DNA of 64,000 nucleotides from a virus, in UHGV virus genome UHGV-1376965; one strand, 5' to 3'. The position numbers and the translations under genes were made by a program. The notes under the pieces are model-generated. The model did no database searches, was not told the origin of the DNA, and saw only the letters and a program-made list of their open reading frames with translations. Positions 11,001-18,837 of this stretch are shown piece by piece (the stretch's first letter is position 1; every line of letters begins with the position of its first letter).

Positions 11001-11310
11001 TAATCGGTTTAAACTCACTAATTAATTCACCAAGACTATTTGGGTATGCTTTATAAATAACATACTCCGAAGAGCCATCTGAATATTGGTAAACCCCATA
11101 ACAGACCAGTTTATTTATTCCTTTCTGAATAGTTTTTTGATTATAAGAATCAACCACTGTTATTCCATATGACGATAATATTTCGTTATATTCTTCAATA
11201 AGAGCTTTTCTTGTTTCCACTGAATTGCAATCTACCTTCGAAAAGTCAACTTCATCAGCAAAAACATTAAATGTTAAAAAGGAAAGCACTAAAAACAAAC
11301 GAATCAGCAT
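10993..11310 (-). CDS. Small secreted protein, SimB-like
   Basis: Signal peptide MLIRLFLVLSFLTFNVFA; AGGAG ribosome-binding site upstream of the second ATG. Confidence 0.55.
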   Translation of the reverse strand: MLIRLFLVLSFLTFNVFADEVDFSKVDCNSVETRKALIEEYNEILSSYGITVVDSYNQKTIQKGINKLVCYGVYQYSDGSSEYVIYKAYPNSLGELISEFKPINE

Positions 11311-11331
11311 AAATCCACTCCTACGCATGGA

Positions 11332-11463
11332 TTAATAGTCATTGATCGCAAAGGCGTAAACGTGCCCAAGGTATTTCGTATAATCGGTACAAATCTCCTT
11401 TACGCTTGATGCTGCATTAACAGTCCCAGCCATAAATAATAACGGTAGTAATAGTTTTCTCAT
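11332..11463 (-). CDS. 43-aa secreted peptide (SimA-like position)
   Basis: MRKLLLPLLFMAGTVNAASSVKEICTDYTKYLGHVYAFAINDY; signal-peptide-like N-terminus; below the ORF-track length cutoff. Confidence 0.4.
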   Translation of the reverse strand: MRKLLLPLLFMAGTVNAASSVKEICTDYTKYLGHVYAFAINDY

Positions 11464-11559
11464 TATAACCTCACCTGCCTTATAACTCATTTAGGGTACA
11501 TATTTTCGCCTTTAAAAAAAAGAGGTTATTAGATCCAACTGTGTATTTATTAAACAAAT

Positions 11560-11576
11560 AATGCTCTAATAAATTT
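11560..11576 (+). promoter_or_regulatory. C1-operator-like 17-mer (AATGCTCTAATAAATTT) upstream of c4-icd-ant
   Basis: 16 of 17 match to ATTGCTCTAATAAATTT, which I recall as the P1 C1 repressor operator consensus. Confidence 0.65.
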
Positions 11577-11762
11577 GTATTTTTAAGTCGCGAATGCTAT
11601 CTTTTCGCATCATATTGACCTTTTAATCGTTCAGGCTTATAGTTCCACCGTCGTAGCAAATTCTGCGACCGGGTTTGACAGCCTGAATGTTAGTGCGGAC
11701 AACCGCAGATTTCCGATATTGCGGTATTTTTGTGTCCGTAAACCGCGTTACGCCCGAATTAT

Positions 11763-11839
11763 GGTGGGGCGTGATGGGGAGGCTTCGGCCTGCTGGTTTC
11801 ACTAACGCCAGTCTGTCAACCCTGTCACGTCCTGCCACC
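11763..11839 (+). ncRNA. c4: c4-like antisense RNA, 77 nt, tRNA-like ends GGTGG...CCACC
   Basis: 77-nt segment with complementary 5' and 3' ends; internal TTCACTAAC and CTGTCAA are complementary to GTTAGTGAGG (icd ribosome-binding site) and TTGACAG just downstream. Confidence 0.6.
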
Positions 11840-11889
11840 TGTTTGACAGCGGGTAGCAGGTTGTTAAACCTGTTAGTGAGGCCGTAACT

Positions 11890-12111
11890 ATGGTTAATGC
11901 CAATCCTTGCACACGCCCAGAATTCATCTGGCGTTTCTATTCCTGTAAAAAACACCACTATCACTTCGTTATCGCAGCAACTGAAGACGAAGCACGCTCT
12001 CAATTGCCTGATGGCCCCTGCATTTTTACTGCCCGTTTTTCTACTAACTCGCGCAATTCACTTAGTTACTGGAACCTCCCCTTCTCTGCCGACGTTCAGG
12101 GGGGTTTATGA
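11890..12111 (+). CDS. icd: Icd-like small protein (interference with cell division)
   Basis: 73-aa ORF directly after c4 whose stop overlaps the ant start; size and position match P1 icd. Confidence 0.65.
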   Translation: MVNANPCTRPEFIWRFYSCKKHHYHFVIAATEDEARSQLPDGPCIFTARFSTNSRNSLSYWNLPFSADVQGGL

Positions 12112-13151
12112 AAAAACCTCTCGTCACCCGTAATGAAATAGCCGAAGCGATCGCTTTGCATACTGCCTGTATGCCGACACGGGAGATCCCCGGCGCAATT
12201 GCTAACTATTTCATGATAACCAGGCGTTTTTATACCCGAACAGATAAGGCTGTGATCAACAGGCTACTGATAGCCGAGATCAGGGATTATTTGATTGAAC
12301 AAGGACGTCTACGTTACGCAACAGTGGCAGCAGAAATAAGAAAGGAGGCACATAGAATGACCGGTAATAATTTGAATGTTGAAAAAACAGCACCTGTTAC
12401 GTCAGCTACGCCAGCACCAGCCGTGAATATCATCCCCAACACCGGAGACACAATCGACAGCCAAACATTGTTGAAGATGGTCAATGAGGCACGCAAGTTA
12501 TGTGGAGAACCAGAGGTTAGAAACAATAAATTCATCGAAAAAATACTCGATGAACTTGAAGGTGAATTTTACACAAAAAGTGCAAAATCCCATGGCACAA
12601 GGGCTGGGCGCTCTTTTGAGGTCATCACCATGACCTACAAACAAGCCCTGCGAGTCGCCGCGCGCGAGTCAAAAGCGGTCCGCCGTTCGCTGATCGACAA
12701 ACTGGAAGAATTGCAGCAGGCAAACTCCCCTGCCCCATCGATCCCCCAAACATTACCAGAAGCTCTACGCCTGGCTGCCGAGTTGGCAGAACAGAAAATG
12801 CAGCTGGAACAACAGCTGGTGGCCGCAGCCCCTAAAGTCGATTTTGCCGACCGGGTATCAGTGGCTAATGGAATCCTGATCGGGAACTTTGCAAAGGTCG
12901 TTGGACTTAAGCAAAACGCCCTTTTCTCATGGTTGCGCCAGAACGGCATTCTCATGGCTTTTGGTGCGCGCAAAAACGTACCGCGCCAGCAGTACATTAA
13001 CGCCGGGTATTTCACGGTGAAAGAAGTGGTGCTGGATGATGAAAATGGCTACCAGATACGGCTGACGCCCCAATTAACGGGTAAAGGCCAGCAGTGGTTA
13101 ACTCGCAAGCTACTTGATGCTGGTTTGTTAAAACCAGTAGCAATAGGTTAA
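12108..13151 (+). CDS. ant1: Antirepressor Ant
   Basis: 347 aa; C-terminal domain (PEALRLAAELAEQK ... GKGQQWL ... LLDAG) is shared with the next gene's C-terminus, the antirepressor-type domain. Confidence 0.8.
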   Translation: MKKPLVTRNEIAEAIALHTACMPTREIPGAIANYFMITRRFYTRTDKAVINRLLIAEIRDYLIEQGRLRYATVAAEIRKEAHRMTGNNLNVEKTAPVTSATPAPAVNIIPNTGDTIDSQTLLKMVNEARKLCGEPEVRNNKFIEKILDELEGEFYTKSAKSHGTRAGRSFEVITMTYKQALRVAARESKAVRRSLIDKLEELQQANSPAPSIPQTLPEALRLAAELAEQKMQLEQQLVAAAPKVDFADRVSVANGILIGNFAKVVGLKQNALFSWLRQNGILMAFGARKNVPRQQYINAGYFTVKEVVLDDENGYQIRLTPQLTGKGQQWLTRKLLDAGLLKPVAIG

Positions 13152-13162
13152 CAAAAGAAAAA

Positions 13163-13190
13163 AACCTGCCAGCAAACTGGCAGGTTTCTG
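13163..13190 (+). terminator. Rho-independent terminator after ant
   Basis: AACCTGCCAGCAAACTGGCAGGTTTCT hairpin. Confidence 0.6.
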
Positions 13191-13229
13191 AGCAGATCGT
13201 CCAACCCGATCTGGATCGAGCCAGAAAAA

Positions 13230-13246
13230 TTTGCTCTAATAAATTT
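13230..13246 (+). promoter_or_regulatory. C1-operator-like 17-mer upstream of kilA-repL
   Basis: TTTGCTCTAATAAATTT, 16 of 17 match. Confidence 0.65.
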
Positions 13247-13315
13247 CGTTTTCTAAGTGCAAAGAATCACCATTTCGAGCTGGTGATTGAAGGTTGATGC
13301 AAATTTGGAGAAAAA

Positions 13316-14116
13316 ATGCAACAAACATTCAATGCGGATATGAATATATCAAACCTTCATCAAAATGTCGATCCTTCAACCACTCTGCCCGTTATTTGTG
13401 GTGTTGAAATTACGACCGACCGCGCTGGCCGTTACAACCTTAATGCTCTACACAGAGCGAGCGGACTCGGTGCCCATAAAGCGCCAGCTCAATGGCTAAG
13501 AACGCTGTCAGCTAAACAGCTCATCGAAGAGCTTGAAAAAGAAACTATGCAGAATTGCATAGTTTCGTTCGAAGGCCGTGGCGGCGGCACTTTTGCCCAT
13601 GAATTGCTCGCTGTGGAGTACGCAGGCTGGATTTCTCCCGCGTTTCGGCTGAAGGTAAACCAGACATTTATCGACTATCGAACCGGAAGATTACAACCTG
13701 CTATTCCGCAGAGTCTCCCTGAAGCTCTCCGTTTGGCTGCCGACCTGGCAGAGCAAAAGCAACGGCTGGAGCAAAAAATGCTTATGGATGCACCTAAAGT
13801 CGAATTCGCTGAACGCGTTGCTACCGCCAGCGGGGTTCTAATCGGCAACTATGCCAAAGTGCTCGGCCTGGGCCAAAACTATCTCTTCACCTGGTTGCGT
13901 GATAACGGAATTCTGATCGCAACCGGTGAACGCAGGAACGTCCCCAAACAAGAATACATATCCCGTGGGTATTTCACCCTTAAAGAAACCGTGATCGATA
14001 CAAGCAATGGAAGCAGGATTTCTTTCACGACTCGTATAACCGGCAAAGGTCAGCAGTGGCTGATGAAGCGATTGCTTGATGCTGGTGTGCTGGTACCTGT
14101 CGCGGCAACGCGCTAA
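13316..14116 (+). CDS. kilA: KilA (KilA-N domain plus antirepressor-like C-terminal domain)
   Basis: 266 aa; N-terminal KilA-N-like segment (GRYNLNALHRA ... GTFAHELLAVEYAGWISP); C-terminus paralogous to Ant. Confidence 0.75.
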   Translation: MQQTFNADMNISNLHQNVDPSTTLPVICGVEITTDRAGRYNLNALHRASGLGAHKAPAQWLRTLSAKQLIEELEKETMQNCIVSFEGRGGGTFAHELLAVEYAGWISPAFRLKVNQTFIDYRTGRLQPAIPQSLPEALRLAADLAEQKQRLEQKMLMDAPKVEFAERVATASGVLIGNYAKVLGLGQNYLFTWLRDNGILIATGERRNVPKQEYISRGYFTLKETVIDTSNGSRISFTTRITGKGQQWLMKRLLDAGVLVPVAATR

Positions 14117-14145
14117 CAGACGTAGTAAGAACCACCAGCATTGTA

Positions 14146-14991
14146 ATGCTGGCTAAAGTCACTTTCCTGAGCTGTATAACGATGAGCGATTTTACTTTTT
14201 CTGGCTATGAATTGGCCTGCTTTGTAACACACTCCGGTCTATCCCGTAGCGCCGGGCATATCCTGTCGCAATGTGCAAATCTCGCGGCAACAACCAGTGA
14301 ATACTTCATTCACAAGCCTCACCGCCTGATCGCGGCAGAAACTGGTTATAGCCAATCAACCGTCGTTCGTGCATTCCGTGAAGCTGTAAACAAAGGAATC
14401 CTGTCTGTAGAGATTGTTATCGGCGATCACCGTGAACGTCGCGCTAACCTGTACCGGTTTACACCATCCTTTTTGGCCTTCGCACAACAAGCCAAAAATG
14501 CGCTGATTGAAAGCAAATTAAAGATCTCTTCAGCGGCAACCAAGGTTAAAGCTGTTCTCGCTAAGACATTGGCTTTATTTAATTTTTTATCCACACCCCC
14601 ATGTCAAAATGATACCCCCTCCCCCTGTCAGGATGACGTGGCAATAAAGAATAAGAAGTCACAAGTTAAAAAAACAAAAAGATCAGTTTCCGGCGGTGCC
14701 GGAACGAGCAGACTCAAAAAATTGACTTCATGGATCGCTGAGACAAAAGCAAAGGCTGACAATCTGCGGTTATCCAAAAAACGCGCACAAAAACATGAGT
14801 TCAAGCAGAAAGTAGAGGCGGCAGCGCGGAAATATGCTTACCTGAAGAACAAGCGTTCTCCTGATATTGGCGGGGTATCAAACTTCGATAATTTGCCGCA
14901 TTGCATGACGGTAAACGAAGCTCTTAATGCGGTTTTAGCCAAAAATAAAGATAACGAAAAATGGGGTATACCGGTAGGATTCAGAGGGTGA
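14146..14991 (+). CDS. repL: Lytic replication initiator RepL
   Basis: 281 aa, directly downstream of kilA; size and order match P1 repL. Confidence 0.7.
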   Translation: MLAKVTFLSCITMSDFTFSGYELACFVTHSGLSRSAGHILSQCANLAATTSEYFIHKPHRLIAAETGYSQSTVVRAFREAVNKGILSVEIVIGDHRERRANLYRFTPSFLAFAQQAKNALIESKLKISSAATKVKAVLAKTLALFNFLSTPPCQNDTPSPCQDDVAIKNKKSQVKKTKRSVSGGAGTSRLKKLTSWIAETKAKADNLRLSKKRAQKHEFKQKVEAAARKYAYLKNKRSPDIGGVSNFDNLPHCMTVNEALNAVLAKNKDNEKWGIPVGFRG

Positions 14992-14994
14992 TAG

Positions 14995-15011
14995 ATTGCT
15001 CTAATTATAAC
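14995..15011 (+). promoter_or_regulatory. Degenerate C1-operator-like 17-mer (ATTGCTCTAATTATAAC)
   Basis: 13 of 17 match to the operator consensus, immediately after the repL stop. Confidence 0.4.
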
Positions 15012-15159
15012 CATGCATACTTTCAACACCTCTAGTTTGCCATGAGGAAAACTCATAGGCGTCCTGGTAAGATGACGTAGTTAGCAAATCAGAACGTCCA
15101 ATTATTGCAATTAATAAACAACTAACGGACAATTCTACCTAACAATAAGTGGAGTTAAC

Positions 15160-15864
15160 ATGTTGAACCGAAGAACATTTAATGTATTCTGCGATGAATC
15201 CTGTCACCTACTAAATGATCATAATAAAGTCATGGTATTGGGTGCGCTTTGGTGTCCTGGCACTATCACAAAAAAAATTGCTAGAGACATCAAGGGATTA
15301 AAATTAAAACACAATTTAAAACCTGATTTCGAAATCAAGTGGACTAAAGTATCTGCGTCCAAAGTTGAATTTTACTTAGAGGTCGTAGATTACTTCTTCA
15401 GCAACCCAGCATTGCGCTTTAGAGGTGTTGTTGTTCCTGATAAAGAGCAACTGGACCATGCTCGATTCCATCAAGATCATAATACTTTCTATTATAAGAT
15501 GTTTTTTTATGTCTTAAAAAACATAATAGAAAGTAACAACACATACAATATCTACCTAGATATAAAAGATACTTTAGGTATTGAAAAAATTGAGAAATTA
15601 AGAGGAGTTCTTCACAATGATCGCTATGATTACAATCATGAGTCGATAAACAGAATTCAACATATACGATCTCATGAAGTGCAACAATTGCAGCTAACGG
15701 ATCTTTTCATTGGTGCGTTAGGCTACGTTCATCGAGGAATGAATAGCAACGCGGGAAAAATCCAAGTCATAAACAGGATAAAATCACATACAAACAGGGA
15801 GTTACTAAAAAGCACTCTTCCAACAGAAAGTAAATTTAATATTTTCGTGTGGGAGGCTCGCTGA
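15160..15864 (+). CDS. DUF3800-like protein (N-terminal FNVFCDES motif)
   Basis: 234 aa; GGAG ribosome-binding site 7 nt upstream; strongly AT-rich; N-terminal D-E-S signature resembles DUF3800. Confidence 0.7.
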   Translation: MLNRRTFNVFCDESCHLLNDHNKVMVLGALWCPGTITKKIARDIKGLKLKHNLKPDFEIKWTKVSASKVEFYLEVVDYFFSNPALRFRGVVVPDKEQLDHARFHQDHNTFYYKMFFYVLKNIIESNNTYNIYLDIKDTLGIEKIEKLRGVLHNDRYDYNHESINRIQHIRSHEVQQLQLTDLFIGALGYVHRGMNSNAGKIQVINRIKSHTNRELLKSTLPTESKFNIFVWEAR

Positions 15865-16328
15865 TGCTTCAAATGCCAGATTTATTGTACTTCAATGGAA
15901 GTTGGCAAGAGTATATAGACGATGTATATGATGTTGTTAGAGAAGATATTTTAATCTCTAATATAACGTTTAAGGGTCTCCCTGTTCGATTACGTTATTC
16001 ACCGGAATATGATGGGAAAGAGTTCGGATTTTGGCATTTAGTATCAGAGGGAAAAATAGAAGAAGAACGAATACCTGATCTTGAACGGTGTAAGCGGATC
16101 CGCTGGATCGCGCATATGATAAGGAATTATGACCATTGCGATATATCATGTTGGTCTGAAAGACGAGGACCAACTGAAGAGTGGGTAATCTGGAACGAGT
16201 GTGAAAACTACGTTGTTGTGCTATCCGCACGTAGAGACTATTGGCTTCTCAAAACAGCCTATGTTGTAACCTATGACAGTAAAATCAGAACACTCAAACA
16301 AAGCAGAAAAAGAGCACTTGGGACATAA
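15864..16328 (+). CDS. Hypothetical Cys/His-rich protein, translationally coupled partner of the DUF3800-like gene
   Basis: ATG shares its A with the upstream TGA stop (TGATG overlap); about 154 aa; no recognisable domain. Confidence 0.6.
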   Translation: MLQMPDLLYFNGSWQEYIDDVYDVVREDILISNITFKGLPVRLRYSPEYDGKEFGFWHLVSEGKIEEERIPDLERCKRIRWIAHMIRNYDHCDISCWSERRGPTEEWVIWNECENYVVVLSARRDYWLLKTAYVVTYDSKIRTLKQSRKRALGT

Positions 16329-16332
16329 AAAA

Positions 16333-16372
16333 GCTGAACCCGACACATATTGCTATGTATCGGGTTCGATCG
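16333..16372. terminator. Bidirectional hairpin terminator between convergent genes
   Basis: GAACCCGACACAT...ATGTATCGGGTTC stem; T-run on the minus strand. Confidence 0.55.
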
Positions 16373-16494
16373 CTCTTTCTACGCATGGTAGATGAGTAAG
16401 GTAAATCTAACCGATCTACTTTAGCTTTTCAATAGCTAGCTATAACTTTCCGCACATATTCTTCTGATAATTCCAGTATGGCGGTTGGGTTTTC

Positions 16495-16791
16495 TTATGC
16501 TTTCCTGCGCAGAGGCGCACACTTATTCAGCAATAATAAATGTAATTCTTTGTTATCCCTAAGTATTTCGACACACCAATATCGTAACGTGTTCACTTCA
16601 AGTGTAGCCAGCACCTTATGTCGAAGTCCTCCCTCCCCTGCACATAACGATGGCCGACATTCTGCTAAGGCACATAACCATGTATTGGCATCATAGAGAA
16701 TCCAATAATGCTCCTCTGAAATAGTTTTGCATCCAATTATTTCGAATCTTCGTTCTATCGTTTCAGGAGAGTATGAAAAATCAATTTCCAT
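16495..16791 (-). CDS. Hypothetical 98-aa protein (orphan gene)
   Basis: ORF bounded by terminators on both sides. Confidence 0.45.
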   Translation of the reverse strand: MEIDFSYSPETIERRFEIIGCKTISEEHYWILYDANTWLCALAECRPSLCAGEGGLRHKVLATLEVNTLRYWCVEILRDNKELHLLLLNKCAPLRRKA

Positions 16792-16835
16792 AATATGCTC
16801 AAAATTTCGCTATACCGGCATAATTTAAGCACAAA

Positions 16836-16860
16836 AAAGCTCCCGTAGGAGCTTTAAAAT
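16836..16860 (-). terminator. Rho-independent terminator after the tail gene operon
   Basis: AAAAGCTCCCGTAGGAGCTTTAAAAT; minus strand reads hairpin then TTTTTT. Confidence 0.65.
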
Positions 16861-16874
16861 ACAAGGGGTGACTC

Positions 16875-17384
16875 TTAATCCCACTCAATCCAGTTGTAAA
16901 CGATACGAAGTGACGGGCGCACAGCGGCAGTCACATCTTCGGTACTAAAGTCGATTGCATCACTGTAGATTTTGCAGTCCAACATTTCAATTGTTGTAGC
17001 AGCTTTTGTCACAGCGTTAACCCCGGAAGATTTGGATTCAGGGGTAGCAGCCATCGTGATATCAACATAGTCCTTCGCCGCAATGCGATCCTTGATGAAC
17101 TGAAGAATATCGCCTTCGATAGTCTCCACGCACTGGACCTGGATTTCCCCAGAGTTTCGAATTGGTCCGTGCTGGTTGAACTTCACACCATTCGGACCAT
17201 AGTCCTCCACATCCTCGCGTGTCATTTCAGGGATTTGCGACGTGCGAACCAGTACGCTGATATCTTCATGGCCTGCAAAAGTGAGCTGGAATTCAGAAGA
17301 TACCAGTCGTTCGCCTTTGGCCGCGTTGGCAGTATAGCGGCCCTTAATAAATTTACGGTTTCCCTTAGTGTTATTGTGCCCCAT
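16875..17384 (-). CDS. Tail structural protein, possibly tail tube
   Basis: 169 aa, downstream of the sheath gene; C-terminus (IVYNWIEWD) reminiscent of myovirus tube proteins. Confidence 0.5.
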   Translation of the reverse strand: MGHNNTKGNRKFIKGRYTANAAKGERLVSSEFQLTFAGHEDISVLVRTSQIPEMTREDVEDYGPNGVKFNQHGPIRNSGEIQVQCVETIEGDILQFIKDRIAAKDYVDITMAATPESKSSGVNAVTKAATTIEMLDCKIYSDAIDFSTEDVTAAVRPSLRIVYNWIEWD

Positions 17385-17395
17385 ATAAAATCCTT

Positions 17396-17977
17396 TTACT
17401 GGAACGCCCGAACAATATCGGAGCTGTTATATATCGAAGAACCGGTCAACTGGAGGTTGACGGTGTTTTTCAGGAAATATCCATTACTGTCCCTTGGCGC
17501 ATCGAGATCAAAACTTAAGTCCTGGATGGCGACATCGGTGATGTTGATCCGGCGACCAATGTTTAGCGTCACGCGCTCCGGGATTCGACCACCAACATTG
17601 GCCGCTTTTAGTTCCGGGCTAATCATGGCTGTCAACGCGGCGATAGCGCCTGAAACTTCAATGAATGGATTGTTCAAAGCAATGAAAGTTACAGGCAGCG
17701 TGAACGTCGGCGGAGTCCCCCCTTCCCAAACCATTAAGCTATTCCAACGGGCAACCGACGTTGTTTCAGTACCTACTTGCACAAAACCACCCAGAGCACC
17801 AGAAACAGATCCCATGGACATACCGGTAAACGGCGCTTCCCAATTCTGGGCCATGTTCATTGCCGCTCCCTGGCTGATATATCCGGTAACCTGGTACTGA
17901 GAGTTCGTTAAAGTAACTTTCAGAAATGGCGATACACCGTCAGCCTGGCTGTAAACCCCATAAGGTATAGGTGCCAT
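17396..17977 (-). CDS. Tail structural protein
   Basis: 193-aa ORF in the sheath/tube operon. Confidence 0.5.
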   Translation of the reverse strand: MAPIPYGVYSQADGVSPFLKVTLTNSQYQVTGYISQGAAMNMAQNWEAPFTGMSMGSVSGALGGFVQVGTETTSVARWNSLMVWEGGTPPTFTLPVTFIALNNPFIEVSGAIAALTAMISPELKAANVGGRIPERVTLNIGRRINITDVAIQDLSFDLDAPRDSNGYFLKNTVNLQLTGSSIYNSSDIVRAFQ

Positions 17978-18012
17978 TCAAGTTAAAGGCCGGAGTTCTC
18001 CGGCCTCCTCCT

Positions 18013-18828
18013 TTAGCCAAGGCGCTTACGGCGCAGTTTCATTGACTTTTTGCGGGCAAGTTTTGCCGCGCCGGTCTGGGCTTTTCGACGCGCTTTTTTC
18101 AGCGCCGATTTTTGAGCCGCAGTCAGACGTTTTTTACGCAGGCGTTTACGGATGAGTTTGATCTCACCGTTACGAACAACCTTCTTAAATGCTTCAGTCA
18201 GCATTTCATCAGAAGTGCCAGCAACAACAAACGCCGCTTCCAGTTCGTCGCGGTCGTCGCTATCTAAACCAGCGATAGAGGCACCAACATCAGCAGCAGC
18301 GTCGTCGTCTTCATCGTCAGCCAGTGCTTCGATCAGGTCATCATCTACACCGCATGCTGCGAGGAAGTCAGCAACATTTGCCCATGCTTCGTTATAGGCA
18401 TCGTCCTGTTCTTCTGTAACTTCGGAGTCGTCGTCATCAGAGATACCAGCGATAGCCTGAACGAAACCATCAAGGGAGTCGAAAGTCAGATCACCGCTAT
18501 CAGCCCAGGAGAAAACGGCGTCGGCCGCATCACTCAACGCATTCTGCATAGCACTTCGATTTGCAGCTTCCAGAATCATCTGGTGCGCCTGTTCGACGGT
18601 CCATTCTTTACCGTCTTTCCCTTCCAGGATTTGCTCTGGAGCCGGGGCAGATGGAACGTTATCGTTAGTCTGTGCCGCCGGTTCCGGATTATTATTAATA
18701 ACCGGATCTGTTGGCGGTTCGGCGCTTGCTCGGGCAGACTCCATCAGCTGCACAGGATCAGAGTTCAAAGCGAAACGGGACAGTCCATTCCCCAAAAATG
18801 CCCCGGATTGAAAAAAGTTTTTGCTCAT
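18013..18828 (-). CDS. Highly acidic virion protein with poly-basic C-terminal tail
   Basis: 271 aa; Asp/Glu-rich centre; C-terminus KKRLTAAQKSALKKARRKAQ...RRKRLG. Confidence 0.55.
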   Translation of the reverse strand: MSKNFFQSGAFLGNGLSRFALNSDPVQLMESARASAEPPTDPVINNNPEPAAQTNDNVPSAPAPEQILEGKDGKEWTVEQAHQMILEAANRSAMQNALSDAADAVFSWADSGDLTFDSLDGFVQAIAGISDDDDSEVTEEQDDAYNEAWANVADFLAACGVDDDLIEALADDEDDDAAADVGASIAGLDSDDRDELEAAFVVAGTSDEMLTEAFKKVVRNGEIKLIRKRLRKKRLTAAQKSALKKARRKAQTGAAKLARKKSMKLRRKRLG

Positions 18829-18837
18829 TGTATTCCC

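Noticed and set aside
12108-14116. ant and kilA as a recent tandem gene duplication
   Set aside because: Only the C-terminal 120 aa are similar; the N-terminal domains differ, so this is domain sharing between two distinct genes.
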